Shown in pieces: positions 29,783 through 41,210 of a stretch of DNA of 64,000 nucleotides; within the stretch, counting starts at the first letter, position 1, and each line of letters starts with the position of its first letter. The notes under the pieces are model-generated. The model worked only from the letters and a program-made list of their open reading frames with translations, did not search any database and had not been told where the DNA came from. Source of the stretch: Opitutia bacterium (GTDB lineage: Bacteria > Verrucomicrobiota > Verrucomicrobiia > Opitutales > Opitutaceae); contig CANJVR010000006.1 in NCBI GenBank assembly GCA_947478395.1, positions 1-64,000 of the forward strand, written 5' to 3'. A program made the translations under genes and the position numbers.

Positions 29783-31966
29783 TTACGACCACGATAAATC
29801 CTGATCCGCCATCGGCAGCGTGCGAATGCGTTTGCCCGTGGCCGCGAAGATCGCGTTGCACACGGCGGGCGCGGCGGGCGGTAGTCCCGGTTCGCCCAAA
29901 CCGGTCGGAGCCGCGAGCGACTTGATGAACTGCACCTCCACCTGCGGAGGCGAATTCTCCATCGTCAACAGCGGATACTCGTCAAAATTAGCTTCGACGG
30001 CCGCGCCGCCTTCGATCGTCACCTTCTGAAACCACGCGGCGCCGATCCCGTCGATCATCGCGCCCTGCACCTGGGCTTCCGCCGAGCTGAGATTGACGAT
30101 AACTCCGGCATCCACCACGGCCGTGAGCTTTTGAATCTTGAGCGTCCCGGTTTTGCTCACGGTTACATCCGCGACGATCGCCACGTAGGAATTATTGGTG
30201 TGCGTGATCGCCAATCCCTGCCCTTGTCCACGCGGCCGCTTTTTCCCCCAGCCGGCCTTTTCCGTGGCAAGCTTGAGCACAGTCACCATGCGCGACGCCG
30301 AAAAGCCGCCGCCACCACCGCGTCCACCCCGTGCGCCCGCCGCTGCTTCCCCGCCCGGCGCGGGGATTGAGGCGAGGAGATCGAGCGTGAAATCGAGCGG
30401 GTCACGGCCCGCCGCATGGGCCAGTTCATCGACAAACGACTGCGTCGCCCAGGTGTTCCCGTTGTCGCCCGGCGCGCGCCAGTAGCCCGTGGGAATGCTG
30501 CCGGTAAGTTTATTGGAACGCACCCCGGAGCCGGGCACCGCGTTGAACGGAAATCCGCCGGCGGTCATGTCGCCGGGTCCACCCTGCATTTTGACGAACG
30601 AGTCCTGCAACGCGACGACCTTGCCGGCGCCATCGACCGCACCTTGAAAAAAATGCCAGCCATTCGAACGGTAGTTGTCGTACGCGAAATCGTGCTCGCG
30701 CATCCACGTGAGTTTTACCGGCGTGCCTTCGAATTTCTTGGCGATCGCCGCCACCTCCAGGGAAAATTCATTGGATCCGCGCCGGCCGAATCCGCCGCCC
30801 AACCGCGTCACATGCACCACGACGTCCTTCGCCGCCAATGCCAGACCCGAAGTAACACTCCGCAAGGTCGACCCGGGCACCTGCGACGGCACCCACATTT
30901 CCATCACGCCGTTTTTGAAAACGGCCGAGCAGTTCTGCGGCTCGAGCGTCGCGTGCGCGAGAAACGGATAATGATAGGCCGCCTCGACGGTCTTCGCTCC
31001 GGCCGGGGCCGTATAAGCCGGCCGTACGCCCAACGTCTCCGCCTGTTTCGCCATATCGGCGCTGTTCTGACTGACGCCGGCGCCGCGCTGCCACTCGATC
31101 TTGAGCGCACGCGCCGCCTTAAACGCGTGCCACGTTGAATCCGCCACCACGGCGACGCCCGACGTGAGTCCAGGGATACCTTCGAGCGCAAACGCATCGC
31201 GCACGCCCGGCATCTTTTTCACGTCGTCAAGATTCGCCGGCCCGACCTTGCCGCCGAACACCGGACATTTTACGTACGCCGCGTAAACCATCCCGGGCCA
31301 GCGTTGATCGATGCCGTAGAGCGCCTGACCGGTGACAATCTTCTCGTTGTCGACCCCCGAAACGCGCGTGCCCAGCAGCTTGAAATCTTTGGGCTCCTTG
31401 AGCGCGACGTTCGCCGGTGCCGGCAATGTCGCGGCCTTGGTGGCAAGTTCGCCATAACTGAGGCGACGATTGCTCGCAGCGTGGATCACGAAGCCAAGCG
31501 CGGTCGTGCATTCGCCGGCGGGAACGCCCCACGTTTGCGCGCCGGCTTCAAGGAGCATGGCGCGCGCGGTCGCACCGGCCTGGCGGAGCGGCATGTAATT
31601 TCCGGGCGTCGAGCCACTGCCCACGGCCGATTGACGGCCGTAAGCCGGATTCAAATCGCCCTGCGTGACGGTTACCTTTTCCCACGCCACGTCGAGTTCC
31701 TCGGCGATGATCATCGGCAACGCCGTCTTGGCCCCCTGCCCCATTTCGGAATTGGGTGCGATCAGCGACACGCTGCCGTTCGGCGCGATGCTGATGAACG
31801 CGTTGGGCGAAAAAGCCGTGGCGGCCGTGACGGGTTGAGCCTCGGCGGACGCTCCGCCGAAACGAAAATAAGTGCCCACCAAAAGTCCGCCGCCCGCGAG
31901 CGCGCTGACCCTGATGAAACTGCGGCGGTCGAGCGCCGGCGGGGACGATGAAATCGAGGAGTTCAT
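29783..31966 (-). CDS. Molybdopterin-binding subunit, isoquinoline 1-oxidoreductase beta (IorB) type
   Basis: Tat-like [45 protein letters not shown]. Confidence 0.92.
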   Translation of the reverse strand: MNSSISSSPPALDRRSFIRVSALAGGGLLVGTYFRFGGASAEAQPVTAATAFSPNAFISIAPNGSVSLIAPNSEMGQGAKTALPMIIAEELDVAWEKVTVTQGDLNPAYGRQSAVGSGSTPGNYMPLRQAGATARAMLLEAGAQTWGVPAGECTTALGFVIHAASNRRLSYGELATKAATLPAPANVALKEPKDFKLLGTRVSGVDNEKIVTGQALYGIDQRWPGMVYAAYVKCPVFGGKVGPANLDDVKKMPGVRDAFALEGIPGLTSGVAVVADSTWHAFKAARALKIEWQRGAGVSQNSADMAKQAETLGVRPAYTAPAGAKTVEAAYHYPFLAHATLEPQNCSAVFKNGVMEMWVPSQVPGSTLRSVTSGLALAAKDVVVHVTRLGGGFGRRGSNEFSLEVAAIAKKFEGTPVKLTWMREHDFAYDNYRSNGWHFFQGAVDGAGKVVALQDSFVKMQGGPGDMTAGGFPFNAVPGSGVRSNKLTGSIPTGYWRAPGDNGNTWATQSFVDELAHAAGRDPLDFTLDLLASIPAPGGEAAAGARGGRGGGGGFSASRMVTVLKLATEKAGWGKKRPRGQGQGLAITHTNNSYVAIVADVTVSKTGTLKIQKLTAVVDAGVIVNLSSAEAQVQGAMIDGIGAAWFQKVTIEGGAAVEANFDEYPLLTMENSPPQVEVQFIKSLAAPTGLGEPGLPPAAPAVCNAIFAATGKRIRTLPMADQDLSWS

Positions 31967-31980
31967 GCGGGGCAGATCGC

Positions 31981-32436
31981 TCAAGCTTGGGCTGCGGCAT
32001 GAATCGCCTGCCGAATGCGCGTGTAACTGTGACACCGACAAAAATTACCTGACATCGCGCCGTCGATATCGGCATCCGTGGGCTTGGGCGTCTCGGCCAG
32101 CAACGCCGTCGCGCACAGGATTTGTCCGCCCTGACAATAACCGCACTGCGCCACGTCGAGTTTGCACCAGGCTTGTTGAACTGGCGTGAGTTTTCCGCCC
32201 ACGGCGAGACCTTCAATCGTGGTGATTTTTGACGCGCTTACTTTTTTTAGGCCGAGGCGACAGGACTTTTCCGCCACGCCATCGACGAGCACGGTGCAGG
32301 CGCCGCACTCACCGATGCCGCAGCCGTACTTGGTGCCCACCATCCCGAGCGTATCGCGCAAAATCCACAGTAGCGGAGTATCTTCGCTCACGTCCACGGT
32401 GTGAACAGTTCCATTCACATTTAATTGAGTACTCAT
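31981..32436 (-). CDS. (2Fe-2S)-binding subunit (IorA type)
   Basis: GTKYGCGIGECGACTV, QCGYCQ, NFCRC. Confidence 0.95.
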   Translation of the reverse strand: MSTQLNVNGTVHTVDVSEDTPLLWILRDTLGMVGTKYGCGIGECGACTVLVDGVAEKSCRLGLKKVSASKITTIEGLAVGGKLTPVQQAWCKLDVAQCGYCQGGQILCATALLAETPKPTDADIDGAMSGNFCRCHSYTRIRQAIHAAAQA

Positions 32437-32625
32437 GGGGCAGACGCGGACCGCGTCGGTTTCAAATTTTCGGTCCAGCGCGATTTGTCAATGGTGCGGA
32501 GCGCACTTCGCCTCCCTTTCGCATTCACGCCGGGCTTCGCGAACGCGCGGCCCAAAAAAGTAGTTTGTCGAAGGGCCGTTTGGGTCCAGCTTCCCGGCAG
32601 TCTGTCTCCCCAACCCCCTCCACCT

Positions 32626-33900
32626 GTGAACTCGATCCTTCGTTCCGAATTTTCCCGGCAGGTAGCCCTGCGTCTGGCCGCGCCGCTTTTCATCGCCGGC
32701 TTGCTGATCTCGTCCGGCTACGGCGCGACGGCCCCTGTCACGGCGCCCAAAGCAGCGGCCGTGGCCGGACTCAAATGGATCGACGCCTGGGGCGTGAGTT
32801 TTCTGCCCACCACCGTCAACGGCCAGCTCCGGCCCGCCCTGAGCTTCGACCACCAAACCATCCGGCTTAACATTTTCTCCAAGCTGGCCGGCACGCAGGC
32901 GCGAGTGAAATTCACCAACAAGTTTCAGACTGCTCCGCTCGTGATCGGCTCGGCTCACCTCGCGCTCCGCGCCGACGCTGGCACCATCGTCCCGGCCACG
33001 GATCGCGCGCTCACTTTCAGCGGGGCGAAATCCGCGACCCTCGCCGCGGGCGCCGAGTTGTGGAGCGACCCGGTCACCCTCGACGTGCCGCAACACGCCG
33101 AGGTGGCAGTCAGCATCTACTTGCCGGAGAATTTCAAACCCACCGCGTTTCACCTCACGGGCTCGAAAACAAATTACGTTTCAACCGCCGGAGATTTTAC
33201 GTCGGCGCCCACGATGCCCGTCGCGCCCGGCACCGGTCGGCCCAACGATTCGGTGTACTTCATCTCCGGCCTGCAAGTGATGGCCCCGGCCCGCACCAAG
33301 GTCATCGTGGCCATCGGCGATTCAATCACCGACGGCGCAGCTTCATCCCTCGACGGCAACGGCTCGTGGCCGGACGTGCTTTCGAAACGACTGCCCGCGC
33401 TGCCCGACGGCACCCCGGTCTCCGTGATCAACATGGGCATCGGCTCGAATCGCATCACCTCGGCCGATGCCGCGGGACCGACCGGCGTACACCGTTTCGC
33501 CGATGACGTGCTCGCGCGGTCAAACGTCACGCACGTCCTCGTACTCGAAGGCATCAACGACATCAGCTACGAGCACGTGAAGCCCGAGCAGCTCATCGCC
33601 GCGTACCAGGACGTCATCGCCCGCGCTCACGCCCAGGGCTGGAAAATCTTTGGCGGTACGTTGCTGCCCATTCAGAATTCCACGAAGGACACGCCGGAAA
33701 ACGAGGCCACGCGCCAGACGGTCAACCAGTGGATCCGCACGGCGAAGGCTTACGATGCCGTGCTCGATTTTGAAAAAGTGGTGCAGGACCCGGCCAACCC
33801 GCTTCGCATTCGCCGCGATCTCACCGGCGATTTCGTCCACCCGAACTCGACCGGTTACCGGCTGATGGCCGAATCGATCGATCTGAAACTGTTTGAGTGA
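32626..33900 (+). CDS. SGNH/GDSL hydrolase, exported
   Basis: GDSITDG, GINDI, DFVHPN; start uncertain (GTG 32626). Confidence 0.9.
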   Translation: MNSILRSEFSRQVALRLAAPLFIAGLLISSGYGATAPVTAPKAAAVAGLKWIDAWGVSFLPTTVNGQLRPALSFDHQTIRLNIFSKLAGTQARVKFTNKFQTAPLVIGSAHLALRADAGTIVPATDRALTFSGAKSATLAAGAELWSDPVTLDVPQHAEVAVSIYLPENFKPTAFHLTGSKTNYVSTAGDFTSAPTMPVAPGTGRPNDSVYFISGLQVMAPARTKVIVAIGDSITDGAASSLDGNGSWPDVLSKRLPALPDGTPVSVINMGIGSNRITSADAAGPTGVHRFADDVLARSNVTHVLVLEGINDISYEHVKPEQLIAAYQDVIARAHAQGWKIFGGTLLPIQNSTKDTPENEATRQTVNQWIRTAKAYDAVLDFEKVVQDPANPLRIRRDLTGDFVHPNSTGYRLMAESIDLKLFE

Positions 33901-33963
33901 TCGTCCGCGAAGAAAAATCGAACCCGCCTCTCGCTCGGTGGTCCGCGCGGGCCGTGTGGGTGC

Positions 33964-34015
33964 GTAGGCCAGTCCGCTCGCGCACGCTCCGGCGCACGCA
34001 AGCGAGCTAACCTAC
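33964..34015. repeat. Degenerate GTAG-type REP palindrome
   Basis: GTAGGCCAGTCCGCTCGCG...CGCAAGCGAGCTAACCTAC. Confidence 0.55.
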
Positions 34016-34061
34016 CTCACGGTCAACCGCACCATCCCGCTGAACCCACGCCCTCCCTCGA

Positions 34062-35072
34062 ATGCACTATCGCACACTCGGCCGCACCGGCCTCCGGGTC
34101 TCTGAAATCGGTTTCGGCGCATGGGCGATCGGCGGACAGCAAGCCGGCGCGCGCCGCTCCTACGGCCCAACCGATGACGCGACGTCGCTCGCTGCCCTCG
34201 AAGCCGCCGGGGAACTCGGCGGTAATTTCATCGACACCGCCGATGCCTACGGCGTCGGACACAGCGAGACGTTGATCGGGCAGTTTCTCAGGGGCCGGCG
34301 CGATCGCGTCATCGTCGCCACGAAGTTCGGCCATTTCCCCTTCAACGACGAACGCCGCCGTGTACCCACGCCGGAATCGATTCGTTTCTGTCTCGAGGAA
34401 AGCCTGCGTCGGCTGGGCACGGACTACGTCGATCTTTACCAGTGCCACGAATGTTCGCTCGAGACCGCGCGCTTGCACGGCGTGGCCGACACGCTCGCCC
34501 AGTTGAAGGCCGAGGGAAAAATCCGGCACGCGGGAATTTCTGTCTACGGCGCGACGCAAATCCGGCAGGTCGCGCGCGGCGAGTACGGAGCGGTGTTCGA
34601 AACGATTCAGGAAAGCTACAACGTCACGACCCTCGCGTTTCGAGCCGCGCTCCACGAAGCGGCCGCGGCGGGCCTCGGCATCATCGTGCGGGAACCCCTG
34701 GGCAACGGGCTGCTCACCGGCCGGTGGACCGGGCACGAGACTTGGAACGAGCAACACGCCCGCGGCATTCGCACGTCTGATCAAACGGCTATGCGCATTG
34801 AATTCGCGCGCCGCGTAGGCGCTTTTCTCCCCGCGTCCGGCCGCTCGCTGGTGCAGGCGCTGATTCGTTTCTCGCTGCAGGATATTCCGGCGTCCGTGGT
34901 GATTCCCGGCTGCAAGACGCCGAACCAAGTCGCGGAAAATTTTGGCGCCAGCGAAAGTCCCGCGCTCAGCGCCAGCGACTTGGCCGCAGTGCACCAGGTA
35001 CACACCGAGCTTCTCGCCAAATTCGGCCGTATCCACCCCTACGCCATGGACAGTGCGTTGGGACTGGGCTGA
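34062..35072 (+). CDS. Aldo/keto reductase
   Basis: LGRTGLRVSEIGFG, DTADAYG, VATKFG, SLRRLGTDYVDLYQCH. Confidence 0.95.
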   Translation: MHYRTLGRTGLRVSEIGFGAWAIGGQQAGARRSYGPTDDATSLAALEAAGELGGNFIDTADAYGVGHSETLIGQFLRGRRDRVIVATKFGHFPFNDERRRVPTPESIRFCLEESLRRLGTDYVDLYQCHECSLETARLHGVADTLAQLKAEGKIRHAGISVYGATQIRQVARGEYGAVFETIQESYNVTTLAFRAALHEAAAAGLGIIVREPLGNGLLTGRWTGHETWNEQHARGIRTSDQTAMRIEFARRVGAFLPASGRSLVQALIRFSLQDIPASVVIPGCKTPNQVAENFGASESPALSASDLAAVHQVHTELLAKFGRIHPYAMDSALGLG

Positions 35073-35149
35073 CGCGGCAGAGCATCCCCTTCGGGTTTAG
35101 AGGGCGGAATTTGGGATCGTCGGAAATGCCCTTGCTGGAGCCGGAATTT

Positions 35150-35253
35150 TAAAACGGTTTGATGTCTTCGGTGGCCGTTTTGGGTAGCGGCAGGCGTCCC
35201 TGCCTGCCGGCTTCGGCCGCCTTGTTTCGGCCGGCAGGGAGGCCTGCGGCTAC
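35150..35253. repeat. REP/MITE-like family A, copy 3
   Basis: GTAGCGGCAGGCGTCCCTGCCTGCCG...CGGCCGGCAGGGAGGCCTGCGGCTAC plus shared TTTTGG flank. Confidence 0.85.
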
Positions 35254-35343
35254 TTAACAGGCGGTGACGCTTCGCTGCGCTCGTCAGTGAAAAATCCGCC
35301 CGCTTCTTCGCGGCGCCTCATCTGGGTCGGCACCGCCGGAGCC

Positions 35344-35874
35344 TCACTTGGCGTACGCGCGGATGGTAACGCTTTTCAATTGCGCGGGCTCGCGGCCAAC
35401 GACGTTCAATTTGTGCTGGCCGGCCGTGAGCTTGAAAACTTTCGGCGAGAATTCACCGCTACCGGACTCGCCAATGCCGCGCCAGTTCACGACCCGCTCC
35501 TCAAAACCTTGGGTAACTTCCAAGTCACAAATCATCAGCGGGTCTTCGGGCAGCGCGTCGATGTTGAGGAAAAAGGAATTCGAATCTTCGTCCGGCGCGT
35601 TGACGATGGCGTGAATCACGTAATCCCCATCCTTGGGCACGGTGAACGTGAAAATTGCTTTTCCGCCCTCCGCGACCTCGGTCTGCGCCGGCTGGGAGAT
35701 CGCACCGTCTTTTAGCACGAAAGGCGCGCTCACCACGGCGGTCGTCACCGCGAGAACCGGTTCCACCGTCGCAGTTTTTGTCGCCGCCGGCGCCGCGGTT
35801 TGCGGGGTCGGGTCGGCGGCGAACATCGGAATGGCCAGAGCTAAAGTCACCAACACAAGGGGGAGTGTTTTCAT
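35344..35874 (-). CDS. Hypothetical exported protein (beta-sandwich/CBM-like)
   Basis: Signal peptide; FTFTVPKDGDYVIHA, SNSFF, LTAGQHKLNVVGRE pattern. Confidence 0.7.
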   Translation of the reverse strand: MKTLPLVLVTLALAIPMFAADPTPQTAAPAATKTATVEPVLAVTTAVVSAPFVLKDGAISQPAQTEVAEGGKAIFTFTVPKDGDYVIHAIVNAPDEDSNSFFLNIDALPEDPLMICDLEVTQGFEERVVNWRGIGESGSGEFSPKVFKLTAGQHKLNVVGREPAQLKSVTIRAYAK

Positions 35875-35958
35875 GGGGTGAATCTGACTAGCGCCGACCG
35901 ATGATTCATCAAATCAAATAGCAGCGGGCCTTTCGCCGCGCCCCCCCTCCGGGTCAGC

Positions 35959-37263
35959 CTACGGTTTCGCCGCCTTGGCGACTTCGACCGCGAAAGCGTA
36001 ATCCGGACCGAACATATTCGAACGAAAAACGATGAACTTCTGATCGGGCGTGAAGCTGGGATTCGGTTCCAGCCGATAGTTGTGCTTCGCCATATTTACG
36101 AGTTTCTCTGACTCGAGATAGCCGCCCTTGATCAAACCTTCGCCCAAGGTTTTCCCGGCCACCCGCACGGGATGAAACAGGAAAATCCACGGCGATTGGT
36201 TGTCACCGTCGCCGCAGAAAAGTTTTCCATCGGGCGATGAGTTGTCGTGAATGGACGACTGGTCCGGTCCGTAGGAATACCAGGTCCGCTCGCCGGTCTC
36301 GACTTGGTAACTGGCAATGAACGACGTTTTTCCGCCGCGGGGAAAATGCAATTGATAGAACACGGTCTTGCCGTCTCCGCCCCACCACTCATGGCCCGCG
36401 ATTTCCATTTCCATGATGCGCCGATGCACCAGCTGATTGTGACTGCCGTCGGTCCGAATGGTCCAGATCCGCTCGACCTGCTGCCACTGACCTTCGTGAC
36501 AATACATCAAGAGCGAGGGATCGATCGTGGAAAATTGCAGATGATTTAACCAATCGGTGCTGTGCTCCAGCAGCGGTTTCACCTGCCCGCTCTTCAGGTC
36601 GATCGTGAACATCGTCATGGGCAATTTGGCGGCAAGGCGGCGCGCCATGAGTTGTCCTTTGTTTTCCGGCTCGCCGAGATTGGTCGCCGACATCCGCGAG
36701 GGCGTTTGTGCCGGCGTGCCATCGTACGCTCCACCGGCGTTCGCATCGCCTTCGATGAACGTACCGGCCGCGAGCGTTTCGTCGGCGTTGATCGTCGCGA
36801 CACTCGCCCGACGCGGCAGATCGGCGAGCTTCCGGTTTTCGCCCGTCTCAAGGTTGGCGCACCACAGCGTGGAAAAATAAGGATCCGCGGTGGCCTTGGT
36901 GTAGTAGACCGTCGGCGATTTGTGCGCGACGATGATGGCTTTGACCGTGCCGGAAACAATCTTGCTGGCCTCCAGCGTGGTCAGGTTGAGCACCGAAATG
37001 CCGTCCGGGGTCGTGTAGGCCATCGACTTTCCATCGGGCGTGTACCCGTTGAAGTTGAAATAAAAACTATCCGACCCCGGCTCGCGCGTCAGTCGGATCA
37101 CGCGGTGTCCGGTGTCCGGATCAATCCACGAAAGCGGTGGTTCGCCTGACGGTAGCGACGGTGGCACCGGCGCAGCCGCGGCCAGAATACTTGGAACGGA
37201 AGGGCCGAGCACGGCGCAAAATAACGCGCCGAGGATAACGAGGCGGGAGCGGGTAATGAACAT
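35959..37263 (-). CDS. Oligogalacturonate lyase family beta-propeller
   Basis: DPDTGHRVIRLT, WLNHLQFS, MYCHEG, GHEWW, PNPSFTPD. Confidence 0.88.
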   Translation of the reverse strand: MFITRSRLVILGALFCAVLGPSVPSILAAAAPVPPSLPSGEPPLSWIDPDTGHRVIRLTREPGSDSFYFNFNGYTPDGKSMAYTTPDGISVLNLTTLEASKIVSGTVKAIIVAHKSPTVYYTKATADPYFSTLWCANLETGENRKLADLPRRASVATINADETLAAGTFIEGDANAGGAYDGTPAQTPSRMSATNLGEPENKGQLMARRLAAKLPMTMFTIDLKSGQVKPLLEHSTDWLNHLQFSTIDPSLLMYCHEGQWQQVERIWTIRTDGSHNQLVHRRIMEMEIAGHEWWGGDGKTVFYQLHFPRGGKTSFIASYQVETGERTWYSYGPDQSSIHDNSSPDGKLFCGDGDNQSPWIFLFHPVRVAGKTLGEGLIKGGYLESEKLVNMAKHNYRLEPNPSFTPDQKFIVFRSNMFGPDYAFAVEVAKAAKP

Positions 37264-37632
37264 GGGATGGGTTGAGGGGATAAGGTGGAAGCGTGTTACC
37301 CGCGCCTGCCCTGGCAATTCGCGGTCATCCAGACAGTCGTATTAAAACTTGGGCCCGCGAATCGTGCTGATCGGCGCGCACTCGCTGGCAACGTAGAACC
37401 ATGCCAACGGGCGCAGATCCAAGGTTCCGATCAGCCCAAAGCTCAGCCCGAGGCCGTTCTGAAAACGCCGCCTACCGAGCCCGCCCACAATCAACCCGCT
37501 CGTCGATATCGGTGGCGCAAAGGAATTGGAGCTCGGTGACATGAGGCGGAATCATTAAATTAATCGTCGTCCGGCATCCGTTTCACTTCGATCGCGGCTG
37601 ATCCCCTTCCCTCTGATTATTTTTTATTCCCC

Positions 37633-38400
37633 ATGAATTCCCGTCGTATCAGGAAACAAGCGCTCGGTAGTTTCGCGTTTAGCGCCCTGTTCGCGCTCGG
37701 CTGCGGATGGACCCACGCAGCGGAATCTTTGGCTCCCTCGCCTTATGCGACCGGACCGCGGACGCGCGACGGCCTCGGCCAATATTACTTTGGCCGCGAG
37801 ATTGCCTCCTACATGACTCATCAAGGCGCACCGTGGCTCGACCGGCCGGAACGCGACGACGAGGAACGTCCCGATCTCGTGCTCGCGGCGCTGAAGCTCG
37901 AGCCCGGCCAGATCGCGGCCGATATCGGCGCTGGCACCGGCTATTTTAGCTGGCGGCTCGCCAAGGCTGTCGGGCCCAGCGGGCGCGTTTACGGCGAGGA
38001 GATTCAGCCCGAGATGCTGGCCCTGCTTGCAGCCAGTATGAAGGAGCACAAGGTCAACAATGTGATCGGGGTGCTCGGCACGATCGATGACCCCAAATTG
38101 CCCGAACCGGTCGATCTCGTGATCATGGTGGATGTCTATCACGAGATCAGCCAGCCCGCCGAAATGATGGCTGCGATTTGCCGTCAGTTGAAGCCCGGCG
38201 GACGCGTCGCCTTCGTCGAATACCGCGGTGAGGATCCAGCGGTGCCGATCAAGCCGTTGCACAAAATGACCGAGGCCCAGGTGAAAAAGGAAATGAGCGC
38301 CCTACCCTTGGAGTACGTCACGACGATCCGCACGTTGCCCCGGCAGCATCTGATTATCTTCCGCAAAATGGCCCCGCCCGCTGCGCCGGCCGGAAAATAG
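37633..38400 (+). CDS. Class I SAM-dependent methyltransferase with N-terminal signal-like segment
   Basis: ADIGAGTGYF, VDVYHE, LKPGGR, LPRQH. Confidence 0.88.
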   Translation: MNSRRIRKQALGSFAFSALFALGCGWTHAAESLAPSPYATGPRTRDGLGQYYFGREIASYMTHQGAPWLDRPERDDEERPDLVLAALKLEPGQIAADIGAGTGYFSWRLAKAVGPSGRVYGEEIQPEMLALLAASMKEHKVNNVIGVLGTIDDPKLPEPVDLVIMVDVYHEISQPAEMMAAICRQLKPGGRVAFVEYRGEDPAVPIKPLHKMTEAQVKKEMSALPLEYVTTIRTLPRQHLIIFRKMAPPAAPAGK

Positions 38401-38510
38401 GCAGGAGAATTCCTTCGGACCTATTTTGCCTTACACGTTGCCCGCCGGTCAGCGCGCGGACCTCTACACAGGCCAATCACCCCAAGCTAGGTCGACCGAC
38501 TTTTAGCGGC

Positions 38511-41090
38511 CTAGCCCACAATTGCGGGCGGGACATTCTCGTTGCCGTCCGTCGAGCTGCCCTGCAGGGGGCGCACCGCCACGAGCTTTACCACGGCGCG
38601 GTGCTCGCTCCGCGACTCCGCCAGCGGCACCGCAAACACCGCCTCCCAATCGTTCAGGCCTTCCGCATCGACGAGCATCTGCGCAACTTCCATTTCCCTT
38701 CCGCCGCCCTCCGCGTCCACGCGGGAAACCGCCGTCGCGAAATGCGTGTGCTTCGCCGCCCGTCCCTCGGGATCGAGCCGGAACCGGCCGCGCTCGCGGA
38801 AATAATCCTCGAACGCCCCGGCCGCGTTTCCGCCCTCCATTTCTTCGCCCGAAAGCGCCGCTTGCAGCCGGGAAAAAATCTCCGCCCGCACCAAGCGTCG
38901 AAACGCCACGGCATCGCGCGTCACGTCGTAACTAGCCGGGCGCGCCGGTTTGTCCGGCGACGCCTCCGCGGCGATCCACTCCGGATTTTTCAAACGCTCC
39001 CATTCCTCCAGCAGACTCGCATCGACACCGCGAATGAGCTCCCGGAAATAAATTTCCATCTCGGCCACCTCCTCGGTCTTCGCGCTGTCCGGCACCGTTT
39101 GCGCGAGGACCTTCCAGACCTGCGACAAGTGCCGCAGGAGCAGGCCTTCCATCCGCTCCAAGCCATATTCGCGAATGTAATCGGCAAACGACAAATAGCG
39201 TTCGAACATTTCGCGCGCGATCGACTTCGGCCGCACGTTTTCCCCTTCCACCCACGGATGCGCCGCCGCGAACGCATTGAACGTGTCGTACAAAAATTCC
39301 CGCAACGGCTTGACGTGCTCCACCTCCTCCAGCTTCGCGATGCGTTCGTCGTATTCGACCCCTGCCGCTTTCATCTCCGCCATCTTCTCGGTTTTCAACC
39401 GGTCCACCTGCCGCCGCAAAATCGCCTCCGGGTCTTCGACGATCGCCTCGCACAACGTCAGCACGTCGAACGGATAGTCGGGCGACTCGCGCGGCAGCAA
39501 AGGCAGCGTGTCGAGCAGGTAAAGCGACAGCGTCTGGTGCAGCGAAAAATCGTCCTGCAACTCCACGTTCACCCGCAATTTTCGTCCGCCGACGCTGCGC
39601 TCCGCCCGCGGCATGATCGACACGATCTTCCGGTCGACCAGCGCCCGAAACAACTGCCACGCCCGTTTGCGCAGCGCCGCTTTGCGCACCGGCGGTTCAT
39701 GATTCTCGGCAATCAATCGCTGCATCGCCCGGCAGCCGTCGCCGTCCCGGCCCAGCATCAACAACATCATGCCGTGCGAAACGGTGAATCGGGAACTCAA
39801 CGCCTCCGACGGCGCCGTCTGCAGCCGCTCAAATGTTTTCGCGTCCCAGCCGACCGCGCCCTCGGGCGCCCGGGCTTTCACGAGCTTCTTCGCCTTGCCG
39901 GGATTGCCGGCGGCCTTTTCCTCGGCGCGCTTGTTTTCGATCACGTGTTCGGGCGCCTGCGCGAGGACGTAGCCGCGGTCGTCGAATCCCTTGCGACCAG
40001 CGCGACCGGCGATCTGCCTGAAATCCCGCACCGCAAGCACCGCCGCTTTCTTACCGTCGTATTTCCATAACTGCGTAAACACCACGGTGCGAATCGGCAC
40101 GTTGATGCCGACGCCAAGCGTGTCCGTGCCGCAGATGAGTTTCAGCAGCCCTTTTTGTGCAAGCTGTTCGACGAGAATTTTATATTTTGGGAGCAATCCC
40201 GCGTGGTGCACGCCAATGCCGTGCCGCAGCCAGCGCTTCACCTCTTTGCCATACGGGCTGTTGAATTTCACGCGCTCCAATTCCGTCGCGAGCACCGCCT
40301 TCTCCTCTCGCGTGCAAACATCGAGACTCATCAAAGCCTGCGCCGCCTCCGCCGCATCGCGCTGGGTGAAATGCACGAGGTAAACGGGCGCGCGCTTGGC
40401 CGTCAGCAGATGAGCCACTTGCTCGGCCAGCGGCGTCTCCGAATACTCGAAACTGAGTGGTACCGGTCTGATCTCGCTGCGCACCGTGACGCTGGGCGCG
40501 CCCGTGACGCGGGTCAGATCGCGCTCGAAAAAATCTGTGGAGCCCAAGGTCGCCGACATCAGCAAAAACCGAGCGCCGGGCAGCGTGAGGAGCGGCACCT
40601 GCCACGCCGTGCCGCGTTCCGCGTCCGAGTAATAATGAAATTCGTCCATGATGACCGCCTTCACGGCGGCCGCGCGCGGCCCACCCGCGAGCGCAATGTT
40701 CGCCAGAATCTCCGCGGTGCAGCACAACACCGGCGCGTCGAGATTTACGCTGGCATCGCCCGTCATCATCCCGACGTTCTCCGGACCAAAATCGCGGCAG
40801 AGCGCCAGAAACTTTTCGTTCACCAGCGCTTTGATCGGACACGTGTAGACAGAGCGCTCACGAGCGCACAGCGCCTTAAAGTGAAGGGCGGCGGCCACGA
40901 GGGACTTCCCGGAGCCGGTGGGCGTGGCGAGAACTACGTTTTTACCGGCGAAGAGTTCGAGGATCGCCTCCTCCTGTTCTGAATAAAGCGCGAGCCCTTT
41001 CTCCGCCGCGACCGCGAGAAACCGATCGAGCACGGCATCGACCGAAGGCGTACCCGCCAAAGGCGCGAGCGGAGCGGAAGGCAAAATCAT
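38511..41090 (-). CDS. Ski2-like DEAD/DEAH helicase (DUF3516 type)
   Basis: [48 protein letters not shown]. Confidence 0.92.
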   Translation of the reverse strand: MILPSAPLAPLAGTPSVDAVLDRFLAVAAEKGLALYSEQEEAILELFAGKNVVLATPTGSGKSLVAAALHFKALCARERSVYTCPIKALVNEKFLALCRDFGPENVGMMTGDASVNLDAPVLCCTAEILANIALAGGPRAAAVKAVIMDEFHYYSDAERGTAWQVPLLTLPGARFLLMSATLGSTDFFERDLTRVTGAPSVTVRSEIRPVPLSFEYSETPLAEQVAHLLTAKRAPVYLVHFTQRDAAEAAQALMSLDVCTREEKAVLATELERVKFNSPYGKEVKRWLRHGIGVHHAGLLPKYKILVEQLAQKGLLKLICGTDTLGVGINVPIRTVVFTQLWKYDGKKAAVLAVRDFRQIAGRAGRKGFDDRGYVLAQAPEHVIENKRAEEKAAGNPGKAKKLVKARAPEGAVGWDAKTFERLQTAPSEALSSRFTVSHGMMLLMLGRDGDGCRAMQRLIAENHEPPVRKAALRKRAWQLFRALVDRKIVSIMPRAERSVGGRKLRVNVELQDDFSLHQTLSLYLLDTLPLLPRESPDYPFDVLTLCEAIVEDPEAILRRQVDRLKTEKMAEMKAAGVEYDERIAKLEEVEHVKPLREFLYDTFNAFAAAHPWVEGENVRPKSIAREMFERYLSFADYIREYGLERMEGLLLRHLSQVWKVLAQTVPDSAKTEEVAEMEIYFRELIRGVDASLLEEWERLKNPEWIAAEASPDKPARPASYDVTRDAVAFRRLVRAEIFSRLQAALSGEEMEGGNAAGAFEDYFRERGRFRLDPEGRAAKHTHFATAVSRVDAEGGGREMEVAQMLVDAEGLNDWEAVFAVPLAESRSEHRAVVKLVAVRPLQGSSTDGNENVPPAIVG

Positions 41091-41210
41091 TCCCATCACA
41101 ACGCCGGGTCGGACGCCGCGACACAAGAAAACCCGTTTGAATATCGGACCGAAAACGCACTTCCGCCGCTGCGACTCGGTTCGAAGCGAGAGCGCCGTGG
41201 GTCCGCGCGC

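Noticed and set aside
37342..37542. 66-aa minus-strand ORF
   Set aside because: No recognisable motif or other support; lies in a divergent promoter region
38511..41090. Helicase as part of an anti-phage system
   Set aside because: Stand-alone DUF3516-type helicase with no nuclease or defence neighbours
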